From assembly GCF_009914755.1 (NCBI RefSeq), contig NC_060935.1: DNA of 64,000 nt; one strand, 5' to 3'. Below are positions 30,570 to 44,900 of the stretch, in pieces. Made by a program: the position numbers and the translations under genes. Position 1 is the first letter of the stretch, and every line of letters begins with the position of its first letter. Source of the stretch: the human T2T-CHM13v2.0 reference genome, Homo sapiens. The notes under the pieces are model-generated. The model worked only from the letters and a program-made list of their open reading frames with translations. It was not told the origin of the DNA and ran no database searches.

Positions 30570-32080
30570 TCTAGTTTTTGTCCTGGGATGCTCACTTTCT
30601 CACCATTGGCCTCAATGAACTTGAAATTATCCCTTTGCCGATTCTACAAAAACAGTGTTTCCAAACTGCTGAAGAAAAAATGTTTTATCTCAGTGAGATG
30701 AATGTAGATATCACAGGTGGTTTCTCAGAAACCTTTCTTCTAGTTTTTAACCTGAGATATTGGCTTTTTCCCATGGCCTCGATGAGCTATCAAATATCCC
30801 TTCACAGATGCTACAAAAACTTTTTTCTCCAAATTGCTGAATCCAAAGAAATATTTCAATTTTTGAAATGAATGCACACATCACAAAGCAGTTTCTCAGA
30901 AAGTTTCTTTCTAGTTTAGATCTGAAAATATTTTTTTTTCACCATAGACCTTGATGCACTCCCAAATATACCTTCATAGATACTACCAAAACAGTGTTTC
31001 CAAACTGCTAAATGAAAAGAAAGGTTTATCTCTGCGAGATGAATGCATGCATCACAAAGAGGTTTCTAAGATAGTTTCCTTCTAATTTTTGTCCTGGGAT
31101 GTTTTATTTTTCTCCATTGGCCTCAATGAACTCCAAAATATCCCTTTGCAGATTCTACCAAAACCGTGTTTCCAAACTGCTGAATGAAAAAAAGTTTTAT
31201 CTCAGTGAGGTGAATGTAGATATCACAGGTGGTTTCTCAGATACCTTCCTTCTAGTTTTTAACCTGGGATATTGGCTTTTTCCCCATGGCCTCAATGAGC
31301 TATCAAATATCCCTTCACAGATGTTACAAAAACTTTTTTCTCCAAATTACTGAATCCAAATAAATGTTTCAATTTTTGAGATGAATGCACACATCACAAA
31401 GCAGTTTCTCAGAAAGTTTCTTTCCAGTTTAGATCTAAAAATATTTTTTTTCACCATAGGCCTTGATGCACTCCCAAATATCCCTTCGTGGATACTACCA
31501 AAACAGTGTTTCCAAACTGCTAAATGAAAAGAAAGGTTTAACTTTGTGAGATGAATGCACACATCACAAAGAGGTTTCTCAGATAGTTTCCTTCTAATTT
31601 TTGTCCTGGGATGTTTTCTTTTTCTCCATTGGCCTCAATGAACTCCAAAATATCCCTTTGCAGATTCTACCAAAACAGTGTTTCCAAACTGCTGAATGAA
31701 AAAAAGTTTATCTTAGCGAGATGAATGTAGATATCACTGGCAGTTTCTCAGATATCTTCCTTCTAGTTTTTATCCTGGGATATTGGCTTTTTCCCCTGTG
31801 GCCTCAATGAGCTATCAAATATCCCTTCACAGATGCTACATAAACTTTTGTTTTCCAAATTACTGAATCCAAAGAAACGTTTAAATTTTTGAGATAAATG
31901 CACACATCACAAAGCAGTTTCTCAGGAAGTTTCTTTCTAGTCTAGATCTGAAGATATTTCTTTTTTCACCATAGGCCTCGATGCACTCCCATCGAGGATA
32001 ACCCTTCACAGATACTACCAAAAAAGTGTTTACAAACTGCTGAATGAAAAGAAAGGTTTAACTCTGTGAGATGAATGCAC
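30570..32080 (-). repeat. Local 3-monomer (~512 bp) unit in about 3 tandem copies
   Basis: AATGTAGATATCAC at 30701, 31213 and 31724. TTGTCCTGGGATG, TAGATCT and GATACTACC recur with the same period. Confidence 0.9.
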
Positions 32081-35000
32081 ACATAACAAAGTGGTTTCTC
32101 AGATAGCTTTCTTTTAGTTTTCATCCTCGGATATTCCCTTTTTCACCATTGGCCTCAATGATCTCCCAAAAGTCCATTCACAGAATAAACAATAACAGTG
32201 TTTCCAAACTGCTGAATCCAAAGAAAAGTTTAACTCTTTGGGGCTAATGCACATGTCCAAAAGAAGTTTCTCAGAAAGCTTCTTGCTGGTTTTTATCTGA
32301 GGATACTTCCTTTTTCACCATAAGCCTCAATGCGTTCCCAAATATCCCTTATGCATATTCTACCAAAACAGTGTTTACAACTGCTGAATGAAAAGAAAGT
32401 TTTAACTCTGTCAATTGAATGCACAAATCACAAAGCAGTTTCTCAGATAGCTTTCTTCTAGATTTTATCCCGAGATATTCACTTTTTTGCCTTTGGCCTC
32501 AGTGAGCTCTCAAATGTCCATTCATAGAATGGACAAAAACAGTGTTTCCAAACTGCCAAAGCCAAAGAAAGGTTTAACTCTGTGAGATGAATGCGCACGT
32601 CACAAAGCAGTTTTTCAGAAAGCTTCTAACTAGTTTTTATCTGAAGATATTTCCACTTTCACCATAGGCCTCAATGAGCTCCCAAATATACCTTCGCAGA
32701 TTCTACCAAAACAGTGTTTCCAAACTGTAGAATGAAAAGAAAGGTTTAACACTTTGAGTTGAAAGCAACAGCACAAAGCGGATTCTTACATAGATTTCTT
32801 CTAGTATTTTTCTGGGGATATTGCCTTTTTCAATTTGGCCTCAATGAGGTCTGACATGTCCTTTCATAGAATGGACTAAAACAGTGTTTCCAAACGTCTG
32901 AATCCAAAGAAACTTCAACTCTGTGAGAGAAATGTACTAGTCATACAGCAGTTTCTTGGAAAAATTCTGTCTAGTTTTTATCTGAAGATATTTCCCTTTT
33001 CACCAAAGGCCTCAATTTGCTCCCAAATATCCCTTCTTAGATACTACAAAAACAGTATTTTTAAATTGCTGAATGAAAAGACAGTTTTACCTCTGCAAGA
33101 TGAATGCACACATCACAAAGCTGTTTTTCAAATAGCTTCCTTCTTGTTTTAATCCTGGGATGTTCACTTTTTCCCCATTGGCCTCAGTTAGCTCCAAAAT
33201 ATCTGTTCACAGATTCCACAAAAACAGTGTTTCCAAACTACTGAATCCAAAGAAAGTTTTAACTCTGTACCCATCACAAAGCAGTTTCTCAGAAAGCTTC
33301 TGTCTAGCTTTTATCTGAAGATATTTCCTTTTTCACTATAGGCCTCAAGGCACTCCCAAATATAACTTCACAGATTCTACCAAAAGAGTGTTTCCAAACT
33401 GCTGAATGAAAAGAAAGTTTTAACTCTGTGAGATGAATGTAGACTTCACAAGGCAGTTTCTCCGATACCTTCCTTTTAGTTTTCGTTGTGGGATATTCAT
33501 TTTTTCCACTATGCCCTCAATGAGCTCTCAAATATCCCATCACAGATGTGAAAAAAGCAGTGTTTCCAAATTACTGAATCCAAACAAACGTTTAAATTTC
33601 TGAGATGAATGCACACATCATGAAGCAGTTTTTCAGAAATCTTGTTTCTAGTTTTTATCTGAAGATATTTCTTTTTTCACCATAGGCCTCAATGTGCTCT
33701 CAAATATCTCTTTGCAGAATCTACCAAAATGGTGTTTCCAAATTGTTGAATGAAAAGAAAGGTTTAACTCTGTGAGATGAAAGCAACCATCACAAAGGCC
33801 TTCATCAGAGACCTTCCTTCTAGTTTTTATCATGGGATATTCACTTTTTCACCTATGGCCTCAATGAGCTCTCTAATATCCATTCACAGATTCAACAAAA
33901 ACAGTGTTTCCATGCTGCTGAATACAAAAAAAAGTTTACCTCTGTGAGATGAATGTGCACATCACAAAGCAGTTTCCCAGAATGCTTCTTTCCAGTTTTT
34001 ATTGGAAGATATTTCTTTTTTCACCATAGTCCTCAATGCACTCCCAAATATCCCTTCACAGTTTCTACCAAAACAGTGCCTTCAAATTGCTGAATGTAAA
34101 GAAACTTTTAACTCGGTGAAATGAATGCACACAGCAGAAAGTGGTTTCTCAGATAGCTTTCTTCTAGTTTTCATCTTGGGATATTTGCTTTTTCTCCATT
34201 GGAATCAAGGACCTCCCAAATCTCCATTCGCAGAATGGACAATAACAGTGTTTCCAAACTGTTGAATCCAAAGAAAGGTTTAACTTTGTGAGGTGAATGC
34301 ACCTGTCCCAAAGCAGTTTCTCAGAAAGCTTCTTGCTAGTTTTCATCTGAAGATACTTCCTTTTTATCCCTAGGCCTCAATGGGCTCCCAAATATCCATT
34401 CACAGATTCTACAAAAACAGTGTTTCCAGCCTGCTGAATGAAAAGGAAGTTTAACCACTGCGAGCTTAATGCACACATCACAAGGTGGTTTCTTAGATAG
34501 CTTTTTTCTAGTTTTTATCCTGGGATATTCACTTTTTCCCCCTATGGCCTCAGTGAGCTCCCAAATATCCCTTCACAGATTCTACAACAAGTGTGTTTCC
34601 AAACTGCTGAATCAACAAAAAAGTTTAACTCTGTGGGATGAATGAACACATTACAAAGAAGTTTCTCAGAAAGCTTCTGTCTAGTTTTTATATGAAGATA
34701 TTTCTTTTTCACCGGAGTCCTCAAAGGGCTCCCAAATATTCCTTTGCAGATTGTACAAAAAGACTGTTTCCAAACTGCTCAATCAAAAGAAAGTTTCAAC
34801 TCTGTGAGATGAATGGACACTTTACAAAGCAGTTTCTCAGAAAACTTCTTTCTGGTTTTTAGCTGAAGATATTTCCTTTTTCATCATTAGCCTCAATGCA
34901 CTCCCAGATATCCCTTTGCAGATTCTACAAAAACAGTGTTTCCACACTGCAGAATGAAAAGAAAGGTTTAACTGTGCCAGAGAAATGCACACATCACAAA

Positions 35001-38000
35001 GCAGTTTCTCAGATATATTTCTTCAAGTTTTCATACTGAGACATTCACTTTTTTGCCATTGACCCAAATGAGCTCAAAAATTGTCCATTCACAGAAAGGA
35101 CAAAAACAGTATTTCAAAATTGCTGAATCCAAAGTAAGGTTTAAGTCTATGAGGTGAATGCACACATCAAAAAGCAGTTTGTAAGAAAGTTTCTTTCTGG
35201 TTTTTATCTGAAGTTATTTCCTTTTTCCCCATACAACTCAAAGCTCTCCCAAATATCACTTAGTGTATTCTGTCAAAACAGTGTTTCCAGACTGCTGAAT
35301 GAAAAGAGAGATTAATTCTGCAGGATGAATGCACACATCACAAAGTGGTTTCTCATATAGCTTTTGTCTAATTTTTATCCTGGGATATTGTCTTTTTCAC
35401 CATTGGCCTCAATGAGCTCCCAAATGTCCATTTGCAGAATGGACAAAAATAGTGTTAGCTAACTGCAGAATCCACAGAAAGTTTTAACTCTGTGATTTCA
35501 ATGCATACTTCAGACAGCAGTTTCTCAGAAAGCTTCTTTCTAGTTTTAATCTGAATATATTTCCTTTTTCACTATAAGCCTCAGTGCACTCCCAGATATC
35601 CCTTCACAGATTCTACAAATACAGTGTTTCCAAGCTGCTGAATAGAAAGAAATGTTTAATTCTGCAAGATGAATATGCACATCACAAAGTTGTTTCTGAA
35701 ATAGCTTCCTTCTAGTTTTTGTCCTGAGATAATCACTTTTTTGCCTTTGGCCTCATTAAGCTCCCAAATGTCCCTTCATAAATTCTACAACAACAGTGTT
35801 TCCAAACCACTGAATCCAAAGAAAGGTTGTACTCTGTGAGATGAATGAACACATAGAAAAGCAGTGTCTGATAAAGTCTCTTTGTATTTTTAATCTGAAG
35901 ATATTTCCTTTTTCACCATAGGCCTCAATGTGCTCCAAAATGCAACTTTGCAGATTCTACAAAAACAGGGTTTGCAAACTGCTGAATGAAAAGAATGGTT
36001 TAAATCTGAGAAATGAATGCACACATCACAAACCGGCTCATCAGATAGCTTCTTCCTACTTTTTTTTTTTTCCTGGGATGTTCACTTTTTTGCCTTTGGC
36101 TCTGTCAGCTTCCACATGTCCCTACACAAATACTAAAACAACAGTGTTTCCAAACTCCTGAATCCAAAGAAAGGTTTAACCCTGTGATATGAATTCACAC
36201 ATCACAAAGCAGTTTCTTAGAAAGCTTCTTTCTAGTTTTTATCTGAAGATATGTCATTTTTCACCATAGGACTCAATGCGTTCCCAGATATTTCTTCATG
36301 GATCCTGTGAATACAGTGTTTCCAGACTGCTGAATGAAAAGAAAGGTTTCTCTCTTTGAGGTGAATGCAAACATCAAAAAGCTGTTTCTGAGATAGCTTT
36401 CTTCTAGTTTTATCCTGGGGTATTTTCCTTTTCACCATTGGCCAAAGGACCTCCAAAATGCCCATTCATAGAATGGACAAAAACAGTGTTTGCAAACTGC
36501 TGCATCCACAGAAAGGTTTAAATCTGTGAGAGGAATGCACACATGACATAGCAATTTCCCAGAAAGCTTCTTGCTAGTTTTTATATGAGGATAATTCCTT
36601 TTTCACCGGAGGCCTCACTGCACTCCAAAATATAATTTGCAAATTCTACAAAAAAAAAAGGTGTTTCCAAACTGCTGAATGGAAAGAGTGGTGTAACATC
36701 ACAAAGCGGTTTCTCAGATAACTTTCTCCTATTTTTTTCCTGGAATATTTGCTCTTTCATCTTTTTCCTCTGTGAGCTCTGAAATATCACTTCACAGATT
36801 CCACAACAGTGTTCACAAACTGCAGAATGCAAAGAAAGGTTTAACTCTGTGAGATGAATGTACACATCACAAAGTAGTTTCTCAGAAAGCTTCTTTTTAG
36901 TTTTTATCTGAAGACATTTCCTTTTTCACCATAAGCCTCCATGTGCTGCCAGTAATCACGTCACAGATTCTACCAAAATAGTGTTTATAAACTGCTGAAT
37001 GAATAGAAAGTTTTATTTCTGGTAGATGAATGCACACATTACAAAGCAGTTTCTCAGAGAGCTTCCTTCCAGTTTTTATTCTGGGATATTTGCTTTTTTA
37101 CCATTGGACTCACAGAGCTCCCAAATGTCCATTAGCAGAATGGACAAAGACACCATTTGGAAACTGCTGAATCCACAGAAAGTTTTAACTCTATGAGATT
37201 AATGCAAACATCACAAAACAGTTTCTCAGAAAGTTTCATCTAATTTTTATCTGAAGATATTTCTTTTTTCTGTAGGCCTCAAAGCACTCCCAGATATCCA
37301 CTTGGAGTTTCTACAAAAACAGTGTTTCCAAACTGCTGATATAAAAGAAAGTTTTAACCCTGTGAAATGAATGCCCACATAACATTGGTTTTTCTGATTG
37401 CTTCCTTCTAGTTTTTTTTCCCCTGGAATATTCGCTTTCTCACCAGTCACCTTAATGAGCTCTGGAATATCCCTTCACAGATTCTAAAACAACTGTGTTT
37501 CCATCTGCTGAATCCAAAGAAAGGTTTAACTCGGTGAGATGAATGCACACATCCCAAATAGTTTCTGAGAAAGCCTCTTTCTAGTTTATATTTTAAAATA
37601 TATCCTTTTTCACCATAGGCCTCCAGGTGCTCTCAAATATCCCTTTATGGATTCTTCCAAAACAGTGTCTCCAAGCAGCTAAATGAAAAGCCATGTTTAT
37701 CTCTGTGAGGTGAATGCACACATCACAAAACTGTTTCTCAGATAGCTTACTTCTAGTATTTATCCTGGGATATTTGCTTTTTCTCTGTTAGCCTCAATGA
37801 GCTCCTAAATGTCCACTTGCCGAATGGACAAAAACAGTGTTTGCAAATGGCTGAATACACAGAAAGGTTTAATTCTGTCAGGGGAAAGCACATATCAAAG
37901 CAGTTTCTCAGAAAGATTCCTTCTAGTTTTTTTCTGATGATATTTCCTTTTTCACCATAGGCTTCAAAGCGCTCCCAGATATTCGTTCAAAGATTCTATG

Positions 38001-38999
38001 GAAACAGTGTTTCCAAACTGCTGAATGAAAGGAAAGGTTTAACTATGCAAGATGAATGTACACATCACAAAGTGATTTCTCAAATAGCTCCCTTCTAGTT
38101 TTTATCCTGGGATACTCACTTTTTCACCATTGGCCTCAATGAGCTCCCAAACATCCCTTTGCAGATTCTACAATAACAGTGTTCCCAAACTGCTGAATCC
38201 AAAGAAATATTTAACTCTGTGAGAGGAATGCACACAGCACAAAGCAGTTTCTCAGAAAGCTTCTTTATAGTTTTTATCTGAAGATATTTCCTTTATCACC
38301 ACAGGCCTCATTGTGCTCCAAAATATCCATTCACAGATTCTATGAAAACTGTTTCCAAACCGCTGAAAGAAAAGAAAGGTGAGATGAATGCATACATCAC
38401 AAAGCAGTTTCTCAAATCACTTCCTTGTAATTTTTTCCTGATATAATCACTTTTTCACCATTGGCCTTAATGAGCTCCAAAATGTCCATTCACAGAATGG
38501 ACAACAACAGTGTTTGCAAACTGCTGTATCCAAACAAAGTTTAACTCTGTGAGATGAATGCACACATCACAAAGTAGTTTCTCACAAAGCTTCTTTCAAG
38601 TTTTGGTCTGAAGATATTTACTTTTTCACCATAGGCCTCTTTGTGATCCTTAATCATCCCTTCATGGATTCTGCCAAAAGTGTGTTTCAAGACTGCTGAA
38701 TGAAAAGAAAAGCTTATCTCTGCGAGGTTATTGCCCTCATCACAAAGCGGTTTCTCAGCTTCCTTCTAGTTTTTGTCCTGGGATATTTACCTTTTCACCA
38801 TTGGCCTCAATGAATTCCCAAATGTCCATTCACAGAGTAGACAAAAACAGTGTTCGCGAATGGCTGAATCAAAAGAAAGGTTAAATTCTGTGAGATAAGT
38901 AAAGACATCACAAAGCAGTTTCTCAGAAAGCTTCCTTCTAATCTTTATATGATGATATTTCTTTTCACCATAAGCCACAATGTGCTGCCAAATATCCCT

Positions 39000-41900
39000 T
39001 CGTGGAGTCTACAAAAACTGTGTTTCCAAACTGCTGAACGAAAATAGAGGTTTTGAATCTGTGAGTTGAATAAACACATCAAAAAGCAGTTTCTCAGATA
39101 GTTTAATTGTAGTTTTTATCCTGGGCCATTTGCTTTTTCACCTTTGCCCTCAGCAACATCCCAAATGTCCATTTGCAGAGTGGACAAAGACAGAGTTGCC
39201 AAACTGCTGAATCCAAAGAAAGGTTTAATTTTGTGAGGTGAATGCAAACATCCCAAATCAGTTTCTCATTAAGCTTCTTTCTAGTTTTTATCTGAATGTA
39301 TGTCCTTTTTCACTGTTGGCTTCCATATGCTTCCAAATATCTCTTCACAGATTATAAGAGGACAGTATTTCCAAACTGCTGAATGAAAAGAAAGGTTTAT
39401 TCCTGTGAGTTGAATGCAAACATCACAAATTGGTTTCTCAGATAACTTCCTTCTAACTTTTATACTGGGATATTTGTTTTTTTGCCATTGGCTGCAATAA
39501 GCTCCCAAATGTCCATTTTGCAAAAATGGTGTTTCTAAACTGCTGAATTTGAAGAAAGGTTTAACTCTATGAGGTGAATGAACACATCACAAAGCAGTTT
39601 CTCAGAAAGCTCCTTGCTAGTTTTTAACTGAAGATATTCTGCTTCTCACCATAGGCCTCAACGCACTGCCAAATATCCTTCTGCAGATTCTACAAAAACA
39701 GGGTTTCCAAAGTGCTGAATGAAAAGAAAGGGTGAATTCTGCTACATCAATGCACACATCACAAACGCGTTTCTCAGAGAGCTTACTTCTAGTTTTTATC
39801 CTTGGATATTCGCTTTTTTGCCTTTGGCCTCAGTAAGCTCCCAAACGTCCATTCCCAGAATTGACAAAAGCAGCTTTACCAAACTGCTGAATCAAAAGAA
39901 AAGTTTAACTCTGTGAGATGAATGGACACATCCCAAGCCAGTTTCTCATTAAGCTTCTTTCTAGTTTTTATCTGAATATATTTCATTTTTCACCGCTGAC
40001 CTCAATACTGTTCCAAATATCTCTTTGCAGATTCTAATAAAAGAGTTTTTCCAAACTGCTGAATGAAAAGAATGTTTTAACTCTGTGAGACTAAAGCACA
40101 CATCACAAATTTGGTTCTCAGATAACTTCCTTCTAGTTTTTAACCTCTGGTATTCACTTTTTGCCATTGGCCTAAATGGGTTCCCAAATGTTCATTTGCA
40201 GAATGGACAAAAACAATGTTTCCACACGACTCAATCCAAAGAGAGCTTTAACTCTGTGAGATGAATGAACACATCACAGAGCAGTTTCTAAGAAAGCTTC
40301 TTTTTAGTTTTTATCTGAAGACATTTCCTTTTTCACCATAGGCCTCAATGTGCTCCCAAATATCCTTTTGCATATTCTATAAAACAGTGTTTCCAAAATG
40401 CTGAATGAATAGAAAGATTTAAGCCTTTGAGATCAAAGCACACATCACAAAGCAGTTTCTCAGATAGCTTCCTTCTAGTTTTTATCTTGGGATGATTGCT
40501 TTTTTTTGCCACTGGCCTCAGTGGACTCCCAAATGTCCATTCTCTGAATGGACAAAATCAGTGTTACCCAATTTGTGAATCCAAAGAATGCTTTAACTCT
40601 CTGAGAAGAATGCACACATCCCAAACCAGTTTCTCATTAATTTTCATTCTAGTTTTTATCTGAAGGCATTTCCTTTTTCCACATAAGAGTCAGTGCACAA
40701 TCAAATATCTCTTCACAGATTCTAAGAAAACAGTTTTTCCAGACTGCTGAATGAAAAGAAATGTTTAACTCTGTGAGATGAATGCACACATCACGAATCA
40801 GTTTTGCAGATAACTTTCTTCTAGTTTTTATCCTGGGATATTCACTTTCTCGCCATTGGCCCCAAAGAGTTCCCAAATGTCCATTCTGCAAAAACAGTGT
40901 TTCCAAACTGCTGAATTCAAACAAAGGTTTAACTCTGTCAGAGGAATGAACACATCATAAAGCAGTTTCTCAGAAAGGTTCTTTCTAGTTTTTATCTCAA
41001 GATATTTCCTTTTTCACCATAAGCCTCAATGTGCTGCCAAATATCCTTTCCCAGATTCTACAAAAACAGTGTTCCCAAACTGCTGAATGAAAAGAAAGTT
41101 TTAACTGTCCTAGATGAATGCACACATAAAAAGCCGTTTCTCAGAGAGCTTCCTTCTTGTTTTTATGTTGGAATATTTACTTTTTGTCCTTTGGCCTCAA
41201 TGAGCTCTGAAAGGTACATTCACAGAATGGGCAAAAACAGTGTTACAAAACTGCTGAATCAAAAGAGAATTTAACTCTGTGAGATGAATGCACACATCCC
41301 AAACCAGTTTCTCATTAAGCTTCTTTCTAATTTTTATCCGAAGATACTTCCTTTTTCACCAGAGGCCCCAATGCACTACCAAATATCTCTTCGCAGATTC
41401 CAAGAAATCAGTGTTTCCAAACTGCTGAATGAAAAGAAATGTTTAGCTCTGTGAGATGAATTCACACATCACAAATCGGTTTCTCAGATAACTTCCTTTT
41501 AGTTTTTATCCTAGGATATTCATTTTTTCACCATCGGTGTCGATGAGCTCCGAAATGTCCATTCTGAGAAAAGACAAAAACAGTGTTTCCAAACTGCTGA
41601 ATCCATAGAAAGTTTTAAATCTGTGAGATGAATGCTCACATCAAAAAGCAGTTTCTCAGAAATCTTCTTTCTAGTTTTTATCTGAAGATGTTTCCTTTTT
41701 CACCATAGGCCTCCATGCACTGCCAAATATCCCTTCACAGATTCTACAAAAACGGTGTTTCCAAACTGCTGAATGAAAAGAAAGGCTTAACTCTGTGAGT
41801 TGAATGCACACATCACTAAGCAGTTTCTCAGATACCTTCCTTCTAGTTTTTATCCTGGGATATTCTCTTTTTCGCCATTGTCCTCAGTGAGCTCCCAAAT

Positions 41901-44900
41901 GTCCATTCACAGAATGGACAAAAACAGTGTTACCAAACTGCTGAATCCAAAGAAAGTTTTAACTCTCTGAGATGAATGCACACATCCCAAAGCAGTTTCT
42001 CATTAAGCTTCTTTCTAGTTTTTATCTGAAGATATTTCCTATTCACCCTAGGCCCCAATGCATTACCAAATATCTCTTCATAGACTCTAAGAAAAGAGTG
42101 TTTCCAAACTGCTGAATGAAAAGAAAGATTTAATGCTGTGAGATGAATGCCCACATGACAAGTCAGTTTATCAGTTAACTTCCTTTTAGTTTTTATAGTG
42201 TGATATTCCCTTTTTTGCCCTTGGCCTCAGAGTTCCCAATAGTCCACTTGCAGATTGGACAGTAACAGTGTTTGCAAACTGCAGAATCCAGAGAAATGTT
42301 TAACTCTGTGAGATGAATCAACACATCCACAGCGGTTTCTCAGAAATCTTCTTTCCAGTTTTTCTCTGAAGTTATTTCGTTTTTCACAATAGGCCTTAAT
42401 GCACTGCCAAATATACCTCGCAAATTCTACAAAACAGTTTTATCAAACTGCTGAATGAACAGAATGTTTTACCTCTGTAAGATGAATGCACACATCACAA
42501 TGCAGTTTTTCAGATAGATTCCTTCTAGTTTTTATCCTGGGATATTCACTTTTTTGCCATTGGCCTCAATGAGCTCCCAAAAGTCCATTCACAGAATGGA
42601 CAAAAACAGTATTTCCAAACAGCTGAATCTAAAGAAAGGTTTTACTCTCTGAGATGAAAGCACACATCCCAAACCTGTTACTCATTAAGCTTCTTTCTTT
42701 TTTTTAATGCGAAGGTATTACATTTTTCACCAGAAGTCTCCATATTCTTCCAAATATCTCTTTGCAGATTCTAAGGAAACAGTATTTCCAAACTGCTGAA
42801 TCAATAGAAAGTTGTAACCCTGTGAGATGAATGAACACATCAGAATGCAGTTTCTCAGAAAGCTGCTTTCCAGTTTTTATCTGAAGATATTTCCTTTTTC
42901 ACCATAGGCCTGAATGTGCTGTCAAATATCCCTTCGCAGATTCTATAAGGACAGTGTTTCCAAACTGCTGAATGAAAAGAAAAGTTAACTCTGCAAGATA
43001 ATTGGAGACATCACAATGCAGCTTATCATATAGCTTCCTTCTAGTTTTTATCCTGGGATAGTCACTTTCTAGACTTTGACCTCAGTGAACCCCTAAGTGT
43101 CCATTCCAAGAATGGACAAAAACTGTGTTACTGAACTGCTGAATCCAAAGAAAGGTTTTACTCTGAGATGAATGCACACATCTGAAACCAGTTTCTCATT
43201 AAGCTTCTTTCTACCTTTTATCTGAAGATATTTCCTTTTTCACCATAGGTCTCCATATGCTTCTAAATATCTATTTGCAGACTCTAAGAAAACAGTATTT
43301 CCAAACTGCTCAATGAAGAGAAAGTTTTAACTCTGTCAGATGAATGCACATTTCACAAATCAGTTTCTCAGATAACTTCCTTCTAGTTTTCATCCAGGGA
43401 TATATGCTTTTTCACCATTTTCCTCAATGAGCTCCCAAATCTCCATTCACAGAATGGACAAAAACAGAGTTTCCAAACTGCTGAATTCAAAGAAGTGTTT
43501 AATGCTGAGAAATAAATAAACATATCATAAAGCAGTTTCTTAGAAAGCTTCTTTGTAGTTTTTATTTGAAGATATTTCCTTTTTCACCATAGGCCTCAAT
43601 GGGCTGTGAAATATCCCTTGGCAGATTCTACAAAAACAGTGTTCCAAACTGCTGAATGAAAAGAAACGTTTAACTCTGTGAGATAAATTCCCACATCATA
43701 AAGAGGTTTCTCAGATAGCTTCCTTCTAGTTTTTATCCTGGGATATTCACTTTTTCACCATTGGCTTCAATGAGCTCCCAAATGTCCATTCACAGAATGG
43801 ACAAAAACAGTGTTACCAAACTGCTAAAATCAAAGGAAAGTTTAACTCTTTGAGATTAATGCTCACATCCCAAACCAGTTTCTCATTAAGCTTCTTTCTA
43901 GTTTTTATTTGAAGATATTTCCTTTTTCACCATAGGACTCAATGCACTACCAAATATCTCTTTGCAGATTCTAAGAAAACAGTGTTTCCAATCTGCTGAT
44001 GAAAAGAAAGTTTTAACTGTGTGAGATGAATGCACACATCACAAATCAGTTTCTCAGATAGATACCTTCTACTTTTTATCCTGGGTTATTCACTTTTTCA
44101 CCATTAGTATTAATGAGCTCCCAAATGTCCATTCGCAGAATGGGCAAAAAGAGTGTTACCACACTGCTGAATCCAAAGAAAGGTTTAACTCTCTAAGATA
44201 AATGCACACATCTGAAGCCAGTTTCTCTTTAAGCTTTTTTCTTGTTTTTATAGAGGAGATTTCCTTTTTCACTGTAGGTCTCCAAAGTCTTCCAAATATC
44301 ACTTCTCAGATTCTAAGAAAACAGTGTTTCCAAACTGCTGAATGGAAGGAAAGTTATAACTCTGTGAGACGAATGCATACATCACAAATTGGTTTCTCAG
44401 AAAACTTCCTCTAGTTCTCTTCCCTGGATATTCACATTTTCTCCTTTGGACTCAAATAGCTCCCAAACGTCCAATCACAGAATGGACAAAAACAATGTTT
44501 CCAAACTGCTGAATGAAAAGAACAGTTTAACTCTGCTAGGTGAATGCACACATCACAAAGTGGTTTCTCAGATAGCTTCCTTCTAGTTTTAATCCTGGGA
44601 TATTCATTTTTTCACCTTTGGCCTCAATGGGCTCCCAAACCTCCATTTACATAATGGACAAAAAAAGTGTTACCAAACTGCAGAATCCGAACAAAGGTTT
44701 AAGTCTGTGAAATGAATGCACACAACCCAAACTATTTTCTCATTAAGATTGTTTCCAGTTTTTATTTGAAAATATTTCTGTTTTCACCATGGGCCTCAAT
44801 GCATTACAAAATATCCTTTCACAGATTCTAAGAAATCATTGTTTCCAAACTGCTGAATGAAAAGAAAGATTTAACTGTGTGAGATAAATGCACACATCAC

